Origin: Treponema sp.
GTDB taxonomy: Bacteria; Spirochaetota; Spirochaetia; Treponematales; Breznakiellaceae
Assembly (NCBI GenBank): GCA_031273265.1
Contig: JAISSH010000064.1
Span: forward strand, 1-60,864
Reading direction: 5' to 3'
Length of the DNA stretch: 60,864 nucleotides
The number at the start of each line of letters is the position of its first letter. Within the stretch, counting starts at the first letter, position 1. The position numbers and the translations under genes were made by a program. Below the pieces are notes generated by a model. That model did not search any database. It was not told the origin of the DNA and saw nothing but the letters and a program-made list of their open reading frames with translations. Positions 27,662 to 40,749 of the stretch are shown here, piece after piece.

Positions 27662-28975
27662 ATGACGCTGGTTAGTAATTTATTTTTTAAAAACAGATTA
27701 GAAGCGGCGGAAAGCAAACGTAATGTTTCCAAGACTATTTTTCTTTACATATTAAAAGAAGCGCTTTTTGCTTTTTCCATTTCATTTCTTTTTTTCTTTT
27801 TTATTTTTTTTGTAAACCAAATACTACTTATGGCAAAGGAAGTGCTTACAAAGCATGTTCCTTTCAATCTTGTCGCGCTGTTGATTCTCTATTCTCTGCC
27901 TACGATTATCGCGATGTCGGCTCCTTTTGCCTCTCTTGTCGGAACGCTTATGACAGTAGGGCGTTTAACCTCTGATAACGAAATTCTTGTTATGCTGTCA
28001 TCAGGATTTTCATATAAAAATGTTTTTTTCCCCGCGATTACCGTCGGAGTGCTTGTTTCACTTATGTCTTTTTATACTAACGACGTACTGCTTCCCGCAG
28101 GTACTGTTCAATTTAACAAATTATGGCGGAAAATTCTTGTTTCCATTCCAACATTGGAACTGGAAGCCAATTCCGTAAAAAAATTCAAGGATACTGTGAT
28201 TGTTACGGGAGACGTTATAGGCAATGTTATTGATAATATTATTATTCTTGATAAAACAAGCGACGGGGAGCGCCGTGTAATTTTAGCAAGTTACGCGGAA
28301 CTAAAGGACAGCGGAAAGGAAGGGCTTAGCCTGGATCTTGACAATGCGTTTATCCACTCGTCAAAAGAAATTGTCAGGGAAGATTATGATTACGCGCGTT
28401 CCGGCTATTTACAATACTGGATGTCAAATGAAGATATTATTCAGGCGACTATGAGCGTAAGCCCCAGGGAAATGAGTTCCAGAGACGTACGGACGGCCAT
28501 AGGCAGGAAGAGAATCGAAGTCGGCGTCCGCGCAAATGACAGAAAAGGAAAACTTATAACACAAGCATATCTTCTGGAAAGTATTTTAAGAACTGGTTCT
28601 TCGGGAGAATCATGGAATCGCAAAGCGTCCGTTGCCGCAAATTTGGAGCGTGAGATGATAACGCTTGCGGAAATTTATAGAGATCGTTCGCTTACCATTC
28701 ATATTATCGAATATTATAAAAAATTTTCCCTTCCGTTTGGAGCATTTTTCTTCGTATTTCTTGCGGTCTCTCTCGGATTGATGGCAAAGAAGAGCGGACA
28801 GACGGTAGGGTTTATTTTTGGCAATATAATCGCGGTGCTGTACTGGGTAATGCTTTTTATAGGACAAACCATGGGCTTGCGTCTGGGAACTTCGCCATTC
28901 TGGTCAATGTGGCTTCCCAATATCATTTCGTTGTCTGTCGGGGTTGTTCTGGCAATAATAAGGGTGCGAAAATGA
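27662..28975 (+). CDS. lptF: LptF/LptG family permease
   Basis: Three N-terminal TMs, GRLTSDNEILVMLSSG, three C-terminal TMs, WLPN. Confidence 0.8.
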   Translation: MTLVSNLFFKNRLEAAESKRNVSKTIFLYILKEALFAFSISFLFFFFIFFVNQILLMAKEVLTKHVPFNLVALLILYSLPTIIAMSAPFASLVGTLMTVGRLTSDNEILVMLSSGFSYKNVFFPAITVGVLVSLMSFYTNDVLLPAGTVQFNKLWRKILVSIPTLELEANSVKKFKDTVIVTGDVIGNVIDNIIILDKTSDGERRVILASYAELKDSGKEGLSLDLDNAFIHSSKEIVREDYDYARSGYLQYWMSNEDIIQATMSVSPREMSSRDVRTAIGRKRIEVGVRANDRKGKLITQAYLLESILRTGSSGESWNRKASVAANLEREMITLAEIYRDRSLTIHIIEYYKKFSLPFGAFFFVFLAVSLGLMAKKSGQTVGFIFGNIIAVLYWVMLFIGQTMGLRLGTSPFWSMWLPNIISLSVGVVLAIIRVRK

Positions 28976-30036
28976 CGTTGGACAGATATTTAATCCGTCA
29001 GTTTTTTCCTATCTTCATTGTCGCAATCTCCATGTTTGTTTTTCTTCTGCTCTTAATCGACCTTTTTTCAAACCTTGTGCGTTACCTGAATAATGAAGTG
29101 CCGTTCCTGACAATAATGCAGATTACAGCCTATTATATTCCAAAGAGTATGTCTTACGCCATGCCGATATCGCTGCTTTTTGCCGCGGCGTACACACTTG
29201 GAGATTTGTATGCCAGAAATGAACTTACGACAATTTTTTCATCGGGAATCCCGTTCTGGCGCTTTAGTATTTCTCTTGTGGTGGTGGGATTGCTCGCTTC
29301 TATTTTTTCATTTTTCCTTGACGATACTATTGTAATTCCGACACTAAAAACAAAAAATGAACTTTCGAAAGTCGCTTTAAAACAGTACTTCAGCTTTGGA
29401 AATAGAGATATTGTAATTAAAGCAAATGACGGACGGCTTTTATATTCCGTTGATTATTATGATTACGAAAAATTGATATTGAACGGCGTAAGCATTATTG
29501 AGACTGACGATAATGGGAAGTTTGTTTCGCAAATTCGCTCTCCTTCGGCGGAATGGAAGGAAACATACTGGGAATTAAAAGATGCCGTCATATATCTTTA
29601 TGAAAATGATATACTGCGGATTCATCCGCTGATCAACAATACATCGTATGACGAACCTCCTGATATGTTTAGAAGACACGCGGTAAATGTAAATGATCTT
29701 TCGGCAAGAGAAGCGGGTTTGCTGGTGAATGATCTGCGTTCCGCAGGACTTCCGTTTATCAGAGCGCAGGCAAATTACTATCACCGTTATTCGTTTGCCG
29801 CAACCTCGCTGATAGTTATGATTCTGTCAATCTCCATGGGCGGGAGATTCAGAAAAAATATTATGTTGATGAGCCTTTTTGCAAGCCTTTCTGTCGCTGT
29901 TGTTTATTATATCGCCGAGATGCTCAGTATGACGCTGGCGGGATTGAATTATATACCTCCGGTTGTAGGAGCGTGGCTGCCTGTTTTTCTGTTCATTGTG
30001 ATAGGTCTTTTTATGGTACGGGGTGCGAAAACTTAA
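28972..30036 (+). CDS. lptG: LptF/LptG family permease
   Basis: MTLDRYL start (ATGA overlap with the previous gene), RNELTTIFSSG, AWLP. Confidence 0.8.
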   Translation: MTLDRYLIRQFFPIFIVAISMFVFLLLLIDLFSNLVRYLNNEVPFLTIMQITAYYIPKSMSYAMPISLLFAAAYTLGDLYARNELTTIFSSGIPFWRFSISLVVVGLLASIFSFFLDDTIVIPTLKTKNELSKVALKQYFSFGNRDIVIKANDGRLLYSVDYYDYEKLILNGVSIIETDDNGKFVSQIRSPSAEWKETYWELKDAVIYLYENDILRIHPLINNTSYDEPPDMFRRHAVNVNDLSAREAGLLVNDLRSAGLPFIRAQANYYHRYSFAATSLIVMILSISMGGRFRKNIMLMSLFASLSVAVVYYIAEMLSMTLAGLNYIPPVVGAWLPVFLFIVIGLFMVRGAKT

Positions 30037-32527
<2,491 letters not shown>

Positions 32528-33502
32528 ATGCCGCAAAACGATAAGGAAAAAATCAGCGCGATTATTGAACAGTGTAAAAAGATAAGTCCCTGCGCCCTTG
32601 ATATACGCTATGACGAACCTATGAGCGAACATACCACTTTTAAAACCGGAGGGAAAGCCGATTGCTATTTGAGTCCTGCGGGAGAGGGTTTCCCCGATTT
32701 TTACGCCGCTCTTATTAGCCGCGCGCGCGCCGCCGGAATTCCTGTTTTTATTCTTGGCGGCGGAGCGAATATTGTTGTTTCAGATAACGGAGTACGAGGC
32801 ATTGTGCTTTACTCAGGCGAATGGAGAGGATGCGCCAATGCTGATGATGATACGACAGGCGGCGAAAGACTTGTTTTTCACAGCGGGACAAGCATTGATG
32901 AAGCCAACGAAACCGCGTCTGCCGCCGGACTTACCGGTCTTGAATTTCTTGCGGGAATGCCCGGCACTGTCGGAGGGGCTGTGTGGATGAATGCCCGCTG
33001 TTACGGCGGCGAAATCGCCGATGTTTTGGAATGGACGGAAACAATTGACAATGAAAACAGCGAGTCTGTTATTCAAAGAATTGTAACAGGGCAGGGTGAA
33101 GGAGTCGGTTTTGGCTACAAACAAAGTCCGTTTCAAAAAATGGACTGCTTTATTTTAAACGCGGCTTTTAAGTTAAAAAAAGGCGATAAAGACAAAATTC
33201 AGATTGAAATGGAAAAAAACAGGCGCGACAGGCAGGAGAAAGGGCATTACCTTTTCCCCTGCGCCGGTTCCGTATTTAAAAACAACCGCGATTTTGGAAA
33301 ACCAACGGGTCAAATCATTGACGAGCTGGGTCTGCGCGGTTTTCAAATAGGCGGCGCGCAGATAGCGCCTTTTCACGGCAATATCATTATTAACACCGGC
33401 GGCGCGACGTCATCTGACATTCGCGCCTTAATGGACAAAACAGCCGAGAAAGTAAAAGCCGCTACAGGTTTTGTTCTTGAGCCTGAAGTTCTCTTTGTAT
33501 AA
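32528..33502 (+). CDS. murB: UDP-N-acetylmuramate dehydrogenase
   Basis: HTTFKTGG.A, GLEFLAGMPGTVGGAVWMNA, AGSVFKN, H.N.IIN, LEPEV. Confidence 0.94.
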   Translation: MPQNDKEKISAIIEQCKKISPCALDIRYDEPMSEHTTFKTGGKADCYLSPAGEGFPDFYAALISRARAAGIPVFILGGGANIVVSDNGVRGIVLYSGEWRGCANADDDTTGGERLVFHSGTSIDEANETASAAGLTGLEFLAGMPGTVGGAVWMNARCYGGEIADVLEWTETIDNENSESVIQRIVTGQGEGVGFGYKQSPFQKMDCFILNAAFKLKKGDKDKIQIEMEKNRRDRQEKGHYLFPCAGSVFKNNRDFGKPTGQIIDELGLRGFQIGGAQIAPFHGNIIINTGGATSSDIRALMDKTAEKVKAATGFVLEPEVLFV

Positions 33503-33542
33503 AAAAGAACTGCGCGCGACAGCACGGTGGAGTTAAAATAAT

Positions 33543-34733
33543 TTATTTTACCAGTTCGTAGTTCCGCAAAGATTCGTCAATGAGAGGCTGGAGTTCCAAA
33601 GTTTCGTATAACGCACCGGCTTCGCTAACATTGCCGTGAAGGACGGGGTGCGGGGGTGTGAAGAGGGTACAGCAGTCTTCGTAAGGCTGTATTGAAACAT
33701 CATAAGCTCCGATGCGTTTGGATTCGCGGATTATGTTTTCTTTGCTGAAACCAATCAGAGGGCGAAGGACAGGCAATTTTATGCGGCTCTGAGTGCAGGT
33801 TAAATTTTCTATCGTCTGGCTTGCAACCTGTGAAAGGCTTTCACCTGTAATCAAACATTTACTTTTAATCATTACAGCCGCTTTTTCCGCCGCTTCCATC
33901 ATCGCCATGCGAAGAAGAACAGTAGTCCACTCAACAGGAGCGCGCTCTTTAATCCGCATCTGAACGGAGGTAAAGTTCAGTATGTAAAGGCGAATCCCCA
34001 TGCAGTAAGAGCCTGTAATTTCGGCAAGGCGGATTACTTTTTGCTTCGCTTCCAAAGACGTGTACGGGTAGGCGTGAAAATGTATCGCGTCTATGCACAT
34101 TCCGCGGCACGCCAGAAGAAAGCCGGCTACAGGGGAATCAATCCCCCCCGATAAAAGCAAAAGCCCCCTTCCCGCACAGCCCGCGGGAAGTCCGCCAAGC
34201 CCTTTTTTTCCGCCGGAATAGACATAGGCTTTTTCACGAATTTCAATTCGTATTGTTTCTTCAGGTTTGTGAATATCAACTTTCAAATCGCCTGCCGCGT
34301 TAAGCACCGCTTCTCCGGCGCGGCAGCAAAGTTCATAAGAATCGATGGGAAAGCTCTTGTCGGTTCTGCGGGCGTCAATCTTAAAAGTTTTAACGCCTGC
34401 CTGCGCGAGTTTTTTTCCCTCTTCAACACAGGCGGCGAAAACTTCTTCCACGTTTTTTTTGCAGGTAACAACTTTCGCCCAGCCTGAAATTCCGGTAAGG
34501 CGGGAGAGGACATTTTCAATTGTTTCTGTTTTTTCTTCTTGAGCTTCGATAAAAAAGCGTCCGTTCGTGGTTCTTAATTTCGCCGCCGCCGGATCGGGGC
34601 TTTCTTTCAGCATACGCATAATATTTCGTTTCAGAATATTTTCAAAACTTTTTCTGTTTTCGCCTTTAAGGGTAAGTTCCGCGAATTTTATTAGCCATAC
34701 GCCTGTTTTTCCGCGCGGTTTCGTTTCAGGCAA
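33543..34733 (-). CDS. thiI: tRNA 4-thiouridine synthase
   Basis: ELTLKGENR, THUMP domain, LLSGGIDSPVA, TGESLSQVASQT, PYEDCC. Confidence 0.94.
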   Translation of the reverse strand: MPETKPRGKTGVWLIKFAELTLKGENRKSFENILKRNIMRMLKESPDPAAAKLRTTNGRFFIEAQEEKTETIENVLSRLTGISGWAKVVTCKKNVEEVFAACVEEGKKLAQAGVKTFKIDARRTDKSFPIDSYELCCRAGEAVLNAAGDLKVDIHKPEETIRIEIREKAYVYSGGKKGLGGLPAGCAGRGLLLLSGGIDSPVAGFLLACRGMCIDAIHFHAYPYTSLEAKQKVIRLAEITGSYCMGIRLYILNFTSVQMRIKERAPVEWTTVLLRMAMMEAAEKAAVMIKSKCLITGESLSQVASQTIENLTCTQSRIKLPVLRPLIGFSKENIIRESKRIGAYDVSIQPYEDCCTLFTPPHPVLHGNVSEAGALYETLELQPLIDESLRNYELVK

Positions 34734-34750
34734 AGGCGGATTTTCAATGC

Positions 34751-35911
34751 TTACAAAAATTTCAACACCTCCGCTATCGCTTCAAGAAGCAGATCGATCT
34801 GTTCGTCTGTGGTTTGCCGTCCCTGAGAGATGCGGATTCCTTCAAGCCTCAGTTTTTCATCAATACCCATTGCCAAAAGGACGGGGCGTTCAGGCGAAGA
34901 AGACGAACATGCTGAGCCTGTTGAAACCGCGAAACCGAGATCGTCAAGGGCGCGCGCCATTACTTCGCCGGGAATGTCCTTGAATGCGACTTGCAGGATA
35001 TAGGGAGAAAAAGCGTCTTCATTTTCTGTTTTCGCGCGATGAGCCGGAATAATTGTACAACGTTCCATTTTAACAAGAGAAGTTATAAGTTTATTCCAGC
35101 GTTCTTTTGCGCGCGCGTACTCAGCCTGTACCGTTTCCGCGCCGCAGTATTTTTCAAGACAGTCCGCAAGCGAAAGCGCTCCCTGCGTGTTTTCAGTGCC
35201 GCCCCTGATCCCGCCTTCCTGACCGCCGCCTGTATAAAAAACTTCCATGGGGCGGCGCAGGTACAAAAGCCCAATCCCGCGCGGTCCTGAAATTTTGTGC
35301 GCGCTTATCGACGCGGAATCTATTCCCCAGTTCTGAATATCGACGGGTATTTTTCCTACCGCTTGCACAAGGTCGCAGTGCAAATGCACAGGAGACGGAT
35401 TTTTACGAATGACATCGCGCAGGGAAGCGATGTCCGTAACCGCGCCTGTCTCGTTGTTAACCGCCATTACGCTTGCGAAACGCGCGTCGCCGTATTTTTC
35501 AAGCGCCTTCGCGAAATTTTCAGCGGTCACCCTGCCGTAAGAATCAACAGATACGCTGCCGGTTGGTTTTCCCATTTTTTCAAGGGTCTGCATGGCTTCC
35601 CTTACGGAAGAATGTTCCGCAGGCGAAGAGATTATTCTTCCCTGTCCCTTTTTTACCAGATTGGCGAATAACGCTATACTGTTGGATTCTGTCCCGCCGG
35701 AAGTAAAATAAAGAGTATCGACAGGAACATTCAAAACAACGGCGCAGCGTCGGCGGGCGTCTTCAAGGGCGAGTTTTGCCGCCCTGCCCTCGCTGTGCTG
35801 TGACGACGGATTTCCGAAAAGAGACGAATAATCCGCGCAGGCAATGGGAGCCGAAGCCGCCCAGTCAAAGTAATGACGCCTGATACTGTTATCTTTATTT
35901 ACCATGGACAA
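34751..35911 (-). CDS. Cysteine desulfurase (IscS/NifS family)
   Basis: FTSGGTESN, VNNETG, SAHKISGP, RGGTEN, STGSACSS; adjacent to thiI. Confidence 0.92.
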   Translation of the reverse strand: MSMVNKDNSIRRHYFDWAASAPIACADYSSLFGNPSSQHSEGRAAKLALEDARRRCAVVLNVPVDTLYFTSGGTESNSIALFANLVKKGQGRIISSPAEHSSVREAMQTLEKMGKPTGSVSVDSYGRVTAENFAKALEKYGDARFASVMAVNNETGAVTDIASLRDVIRKNPSPVHLHCDLVQAVGKIPVDIQNWGIDSASISAHKISGPRGIGLLYLRRPMEVFYTGGGQEGGIRGGTENTQGALSLADCLEKYCGAETVQAEYARAKERWNKLITSLVKMERCTIIPAHRAKTENEDAFSPYILQVAFKDIPGEVMARALDDLGFAVSTGSACSSSSPERPVLLAMGIDEKLRLEGIRISQGRQTTDEQIDLLLEAIAEVLKFL

Positions 35912-35914
35912 TTT

Positions 35915-36982
35915 TTAAGACGCGGTTTTTTTCTCGTTGACCGCTTTATTCAAATAATGGATCGCCGTGAAAAACGCAAGTGTTATCAGATATACGGAGC
36001 CGAGAATCAACAAAGAGAAAAGTCCCTCAACGTGAACGGCGATAAAAATAAGTACGCCGATAATTATCTGAAGACCGAGAATCACAGCGTCTACTCCTCT
36101 GGCGCTGAGACCCAGATTCAACAATTTATGGTGCAGATGAGATTTATCGGGATCGGATATTTTTTTTCCGTCGCGAAGCCTGCGCCAAACAGCCGCCGTA
36201 GTGTCAAATATCGGAATGGCAAGAAGAGCAGCCGCGTAGAATACCGGCAGTGAAGAAGGTTTTCCTTCTTCTTTCATAAGCGGAAGAAGAGCAAAAGTTA
36301 AACCCAGAAACTGACTGCCGCAGTCGCCCATAAAAATTTTCGCTTTTGGGATCGGCGCGTTAAAGATCAAAAATCCAATTAATACGCCGAAGAGACAGGT
36401 GCAAAGAAGGACGGCTTTTGATACTCCGGCAAAGGAATAGAATATCAATCCGAGAAAAAAGACAATAATAGCGGATAATCCTCCGGCAAGACCGTCGACT
36501 CCGTCAAGAAGATTAATCGCGTTTGTGATGCCAATTATCCAAAGAAGGGTTATGGGATATGTTAAGATTCCCAGTTCAGTGAAAAATCCGCCGCCGGAAT
36601 AGAGCAATCTGTCAAAATCAAAACCGGGTATGATAACGCAGACGGAAGCTATCAATTGCAATATCAGTTTATAGCGCGGGAGCATGGGGCGGAAATCATC
36701 ATAAGCGCCGGAAAAGAGCGTAATACCCATTGCCGCGACGCACGGCAGATAACGCAGTACATTGACGCCGGAAATTCCGTACGCGATGGCGATACCCGCT
36801 ATAATCAACAAGAAAGCGGAAGCAAAACCAATCCCGCCAAGACGCGGAATATTTCCTGAGTGGATTTTTCGTTCGTCAACATTATCATACCATTCTTTCC
36901 GGTGCGAAAGCCACAGAATCAAAGAGACGGCGCCGGTTGACAGAACAACTGAAGCAATGAATATCAATAAGACCAATTTCAA
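35915..36982 (-). CDS. Undecaprenyl-phosphate GlcNAc-1-P transferase (WecA/TagO, MraY family)
   Basis: RKIH...PRLGG, YDD, NAINLLDGVDGLA, KIFMGDCGS, DKSHLHH. Confidence 0.9.
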   Translation of the reverse strand: MKLVLLIFIASVVLSTGAVSLILWLSHRKEWYDNVDERKIHSGNIPRLGGIGFASAFLLIIAGIAIAYGISGVNVLRYLPCVAAMGITLFSGAYDDFRPMLPRYKLILQLIASVCVIIPGFDFDRLLYSGGGFFTELGILTYPITLLWIIGITNAINLLDGVDGLAGGLSAIIVFFLGLIFYSFAGVSKAVLLCTCLFGVLIGFLIFNAPIPKAKIFMGDCGSQFLGLTFALLPLMKEEGKPSSLPVFYAAALLAIPIFDTTAAVWRRLRDGKKISDPDKSHLHHKLLNLGLSARGVDAVILGLQIIIGVLIFIAVHVEGLFSLLILGSVYLITLAFFTAIHYLNKAVNEKKTAS

Positions 36983-37078
36983 TTTTTAATACCCCAAGAA
37001 ATTCGCTCAATCATTTTATCAGACTACTATAAATAAAAAATAAAATAAAGTAGTATTTGGTAACAATGGAGATTATTT

Positions 37079-39544
37079 ATGCTGGTAGTTAAATTTGGCG
37101 GAACATCAACAGGAAACAGGCAGGGAATTAGCCGAATTATTGATATTCTGCGGGATAAGGAGCGCTTAGGAAAGGTTCCTGTAGCGGTAGTTGCCGCTTT
37201 TTCAGGGGTAACCGACGCCCTTATTGAGTTGGCTCAAAAAGCGGCTGGCGGGCAAAACTATGCCAAAGAGCTTGACGCTCTTCGCGCGTTGCATAATGAC
37301 CGCGCTGCGGAGTTTTTAAAGGGCGCGGAGCGAAAAAAAGCAGTTAAAGGCGTCGAAATTGATATTGAAGAACTGTCACGGACATTGGACGGTATTTCCC
37401 TTTTGGGGGAGCTTTCCAAGCGCAGTCTGGATTTGGTGATGAGTTTTGGAGAAAGGCTGTCTGCGCGTCTGCTTGCCGACATTTTTTCAGCAAACGGCAT
37501 AAAAGCCGATTTTCTGGACGCGCGGGAATTGATAAAAACAGACGCGTCATACGGCAGGGCGGAGATTTTGAAGAAAGAGACGGAAGATAATATCCGCTCA
37601 TTTTTTAAGAGTTCAAAAAAACATCTCAAGACGGCAACCGGTTTTATCGGTTCAACAATAGACGGGCATACAACCACTTTCGGACGCGACGGTTCGGATT
37701 TAACCGCCGCTGTTTTCGCCGCAGCTATAGGAGCGGACAAGCTTGAGATTTGGACAGACGTTGACGGTATCTTTACCGCGGATCAAAAACACGTAAAAAA
37801 CGCCTTCTTGATAGAAGAAATTTCCTACATTGAAGCGATGGAAATTTCCCACTTCGGCGCGCGCTCTCTTTTTCCGCCGTCGATCAAACCGGCTCTTGAA
37901 AAAGGCATACCCATTTCAATACGCAATATCTTTAATCCTTCGTCGGCAGGGACGCGGATTTATAAAAACGCCCCTCTTGGGAAATTCCCAATCAGGGGGA
38001 TAAGTTCGATAAGCGCCGCCGCGCTTGTAAGGATTCAAGGGTCGGGCATGGTGGGCGTTTGCGGCTTTTCCGCGAGAGTGTTCGGCGCGTTAGCTGCAAG
38101 AGGCATAAGCGTTATGCTGATAACGCAGAGTTCAAGCGAATATTCGATATGTTTCGCGGTACTGCCCAATGACGCGCCGGAAGCGGACGCGGCGCTGAAG
38201 GAAGAATTCGCGCACGAGATAAAAAATGGCTCTATTGAAAAACCCGTTGTGGAAGCCGATCTTTCGATAATAGCCGTCGTTGGCTCCGCGATGAAGAGTA
38301 CATCAGGCATTTCGGGAAAATTCTTTCACGCGCTGGGACGCAACGGCGTCAATATAGTCGCAATCGCCCAGGGGTCGTCGGAGACAAATATTTCCGCAGT
38401 AATTTCCAAACAGGACGAAGACAAGGCGCTCAACGCAATTCACGACGCGTTCTTTTTCGCGAACCAGAAATCCGTTAATCTATTTCTGACCGGAACGGGG
38501 CTTATCGGCGGCACTCTGCTTGATCAAATTGCTGATAACGTTGAAAAATTGGCGCACAGAGACCTGATAAAAGTGAATCTTATAGGCGTCGCGAATTACG
38601 ACAGAATGATCTTTTCGCAGGACGGGCTTGATCCCAAAAAAGCGAAAAAATTGGCGAATGAAGGCGGCAAGGAAACTGAACCTTTCAACCTTGACGCTTT
38701 CATAGAAAAGATGGTGTCGCTTAACCTTCCCAATTCATGTTTTTGCGACTGTACAGCAAGCGAGGATATTGCCGCTTCTTACGAAAAAATTCTACAGCAC
38801 TCAATACCAATCGTTACGCCAAATAAAAAAGCGAATTCGGGTTCGCTGAGTTACTATAAAAAACTGACTTCCTATTCCAGAGAAAGGGGAATCCCCTATC
38901 TGTACGAATGTACGGTTGGGGCGGGACTGCCTGTTATCTCCACTTTGCGCGACCTTTCTCTTTCAGGAGACAAGATGCGGCGCATAGAAGCGGTGCTTTC
39001 TGGGACATTGAGTTTTATTTTCAACAACTTCGACGGCTCAAAATCATTCTCCGCTCTTGTGCGCGACGCGAAAGCAAAGGGTTACACAGAGCCCGATCCG
39101 AGGGACGACCTTAACGCGATGGACGCGGCGCGTAAAGCGCTGATCCTCGCCAGAGAATGCGGGCTGTCCCTTGAATTCGCCAATGTAACAATTGAGCCGA
39201 TACTTCCCGCCGCCTGTTTCAAGGCTAAGGATATCGACGCTTTTTTCCTTGAGCTTGAAAAATCAGATGCCGCCTACGAAAAACGCCGCGCGCAGGCAGC
39301 CTCGGAAGGCAAACTCCTGCGCTATGTTGCCGTAATTGAAGAAGGAAAGGCAAGCCTTTCTCTTCGCGGCGAAAGCGAAGGCAGCCCCTTCCGCTCGCTT
39401 GTGGACAGCGACAACATTGTCGTTATTACAACCGACCGTTATTCAAAACTTCCGATGGTCATAAAAGGACCGGGAGCCGGCGCGCAGGTTACAGCCGGGG
39501 GAATTTTCGCGGATATTGTACGCACGGCGCGTACTTTGGTTTAG
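37079..39544 (+). CDS. thrA: Bifunctional aspartate kinase/homoserine dehydrogenase
   Basis: KFGGTS, WTDVDG, two ACT domains, YECTVGAGLP, GYTEPDPRDDL, GPGAG. Confidence 0.95.
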   Translation: MLVVKFGGTSTGNRQGISRIIDILRDKERLGKVPVAVVAAFSGVTDALIELAQKAAGGQNYAKELDALRALHNDRAAEFLKGAERKKAVKGVEIDIEELSRTLDGISLLGELSKRSLDLVMSFGERLSARLLADIFSANGIKADFLDARELIKTDASYGRAEILKKETEDNIRSFFKSSKKHLKTATGFIGSTIDGHTTTFGRDGSDLTAAVFAAAIGADKLEIWTDVDGIFTADQKHVKNAFLIEEISYIEAMEISHFGARSLFPPSIKPALEKGIPISIRNIFNPSSAGTRIYKNAPLGKFPIRGISSISAAALVRIQGSGMVGVCGFSARVFGALAARGISVMLITQSSSEYSICFAVLPNDAPEADAALKEEFAHEIKNGSIEKPVVEADLSIIAVVGSAMKSTSGISGKFFHALGRNGVNIVAIAQGSSETNISAVISKQDEDKALNAIHDAFFFANQKSVNLFLTGTGLIGGTLLDQIADNVEKLAHRDLIKVNLIGVANYDRMIFSQDGLDPKKAKKLANEGGKETEPFNLDAFIEKMVSLNLPNSCFCDCTASEDIAASYEKILQHSIPIVTPNKKANSGSLSYYKKLTSYSRERGIPYLYECTVGAGLPVISTLRDLSLSGDKMRRIEAVLSGTLSFIFNNFDGSKSFSALVRDAKAKGYTEPDPRDDLNAMDAARKALILARECGLSLEFANVTIEPILPAACFKAKDIDAFFLELEKSDAAYEKRRAQAASEGKLLRYVAVIEEGKASLSLRGESEGSPFRSLVDSDNIVVITTDRYSKLPMVIKGPGAGAQVTAGGIFADIVRTARTLV

Positions 39545-39552
39545 GGGGGAAT

Positions 39553-40749
39553 ATGCCGATAGCTGAGGGAATTAAAAACGCGCTTTCTTCATCTTCCATG
39601 ATTCGGAAAATGTTTGAAGAGGGAATACAGTTAAAGAAACAGCATGGAGCGGATAAAGTTTTTGATTTTTCCCTCGGAAATCCCGACATTGAACCGCCGC
39701 CGGCTTTTCACGAAATTTTTGTGAAACTGGCGCAGGAAGACGAAAAAGGCTCACACGGTTATATGCCGAACGCCGGCTATCCCCATGTGAGGGAAGCGCT
39801 TGCGAAAAAAATTTCCAGAGAACAGAATGTTAACATAGACGGCTCGTCTGTGATAATGGCGGCGGGGGCGGCGGGAGGACTGAACACGGTCTTTAAGACA
39901 ATCTGCAATCCGGGCGATGAAATTGTCGTAACGAAGCCGTTCTTCATGGAATACCGCGCCTATGCGTCTAACAGCGGGGCGAAACTTGTCGAAGCCGCGG
40001 CGTTAGACGACTTTAATCCTGATTTAGCCGCAATCGGCGCGGCTCTTAGTGAAAAAACAGCCGCTGTATTGATCAATTCACCTAACAACCCAACGGGAAA
40101 AATTTATCCCGCTTCCGTCCTTGCCGATCTTGCCTCGCTTCTTGCGGAACACGGAAAAAAAACCGGACGGCTGCCGTATCTTGTTTCCGACGAACCCTAC
40201 CGCGAAATCGCGTACACGGAAAACGTGCCGCCTTTTTTAAGCTGTTACAGCGAGTCAATCGTAGTCAGTTCCTATTCAAAGAACCTGTCTCTTCCCGGAG
40301 AGCGTATCGGCTACATCGCGGTAAACCCCGCGATGTCCGGCAGGGACGAAGTTGTCAACGGTTTGATTTACTGCGCAAGAGTGCTGGGCTTTGTTAACGC
40401 CCCCGCGCTGATGCAGAGAATAGTGGCTTCGCTTACCGACGCGCGGGTGGATGTTTCAATCTACAGGCGCAGGAGGGACGCTTTTATGAAAATTCTGGAC
40501 GAAGCGGGCATCGAGTACACCGTGCCGGAAGGAGCGTTCTATCTTTTCTGCAAAGTCCCGAAAAGCAAAACCGGAAGGAATGAAACCGATGATAAGGCGT
40601 TTGTCGAGCATTTGAAAAAAAGTTTGATTCTGGGAGTTTCCGGCTCCGGTTTTGGAAAACCCGGCTGGCTGCGCTTTGCCTACTGTATTGACGAAAAGAT
40701 AATCCTCGCATCAGGAGACGCTTTTAAGTCCGCTATGGATAGTTGGTAA
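39553..40749 (+). CDS. PLP-dependent class I aminotransferase (aspartate aminotransferase-like)
   Basis: INSPNNPTG, SDEPY, SYSKNLSLPGERIG. Confidence 0.92.
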   Translation: MPIAEGIKNALSSSSMIRKMFEEGIQLKKQHGADKVFDFSLGNPDIEPPPAFHEIFVKLAQEDEKGSHGYMPNAGYPHVREALAKKISREQNVNIDGSSVIMAAGAAGGLNTVFKTICNPGDEIVVTKPFFMEYRAYASNSGAKLVEAAALDDFNPDLAAIGAALSEKTAAVLINSPNNPTGKIYPASVLADLASLLAEHGKKTGRLPYLVSDEPYREIAYTENVPPFLSCYSESIVVSSYSKNLSLPGERIGYIAVNPAMSGRDEVVNGLIYCARVLGFVNAPALMQRIVASLTDARVDVSIYRRRRDAFMKILDEAGIEYTVPEGAFYLFCKVPKSKTGRNETDDKAFVEHLKKSLILGVSGSGFGKPGWLRFAYCIDEKIILASGDAFKSAMDSW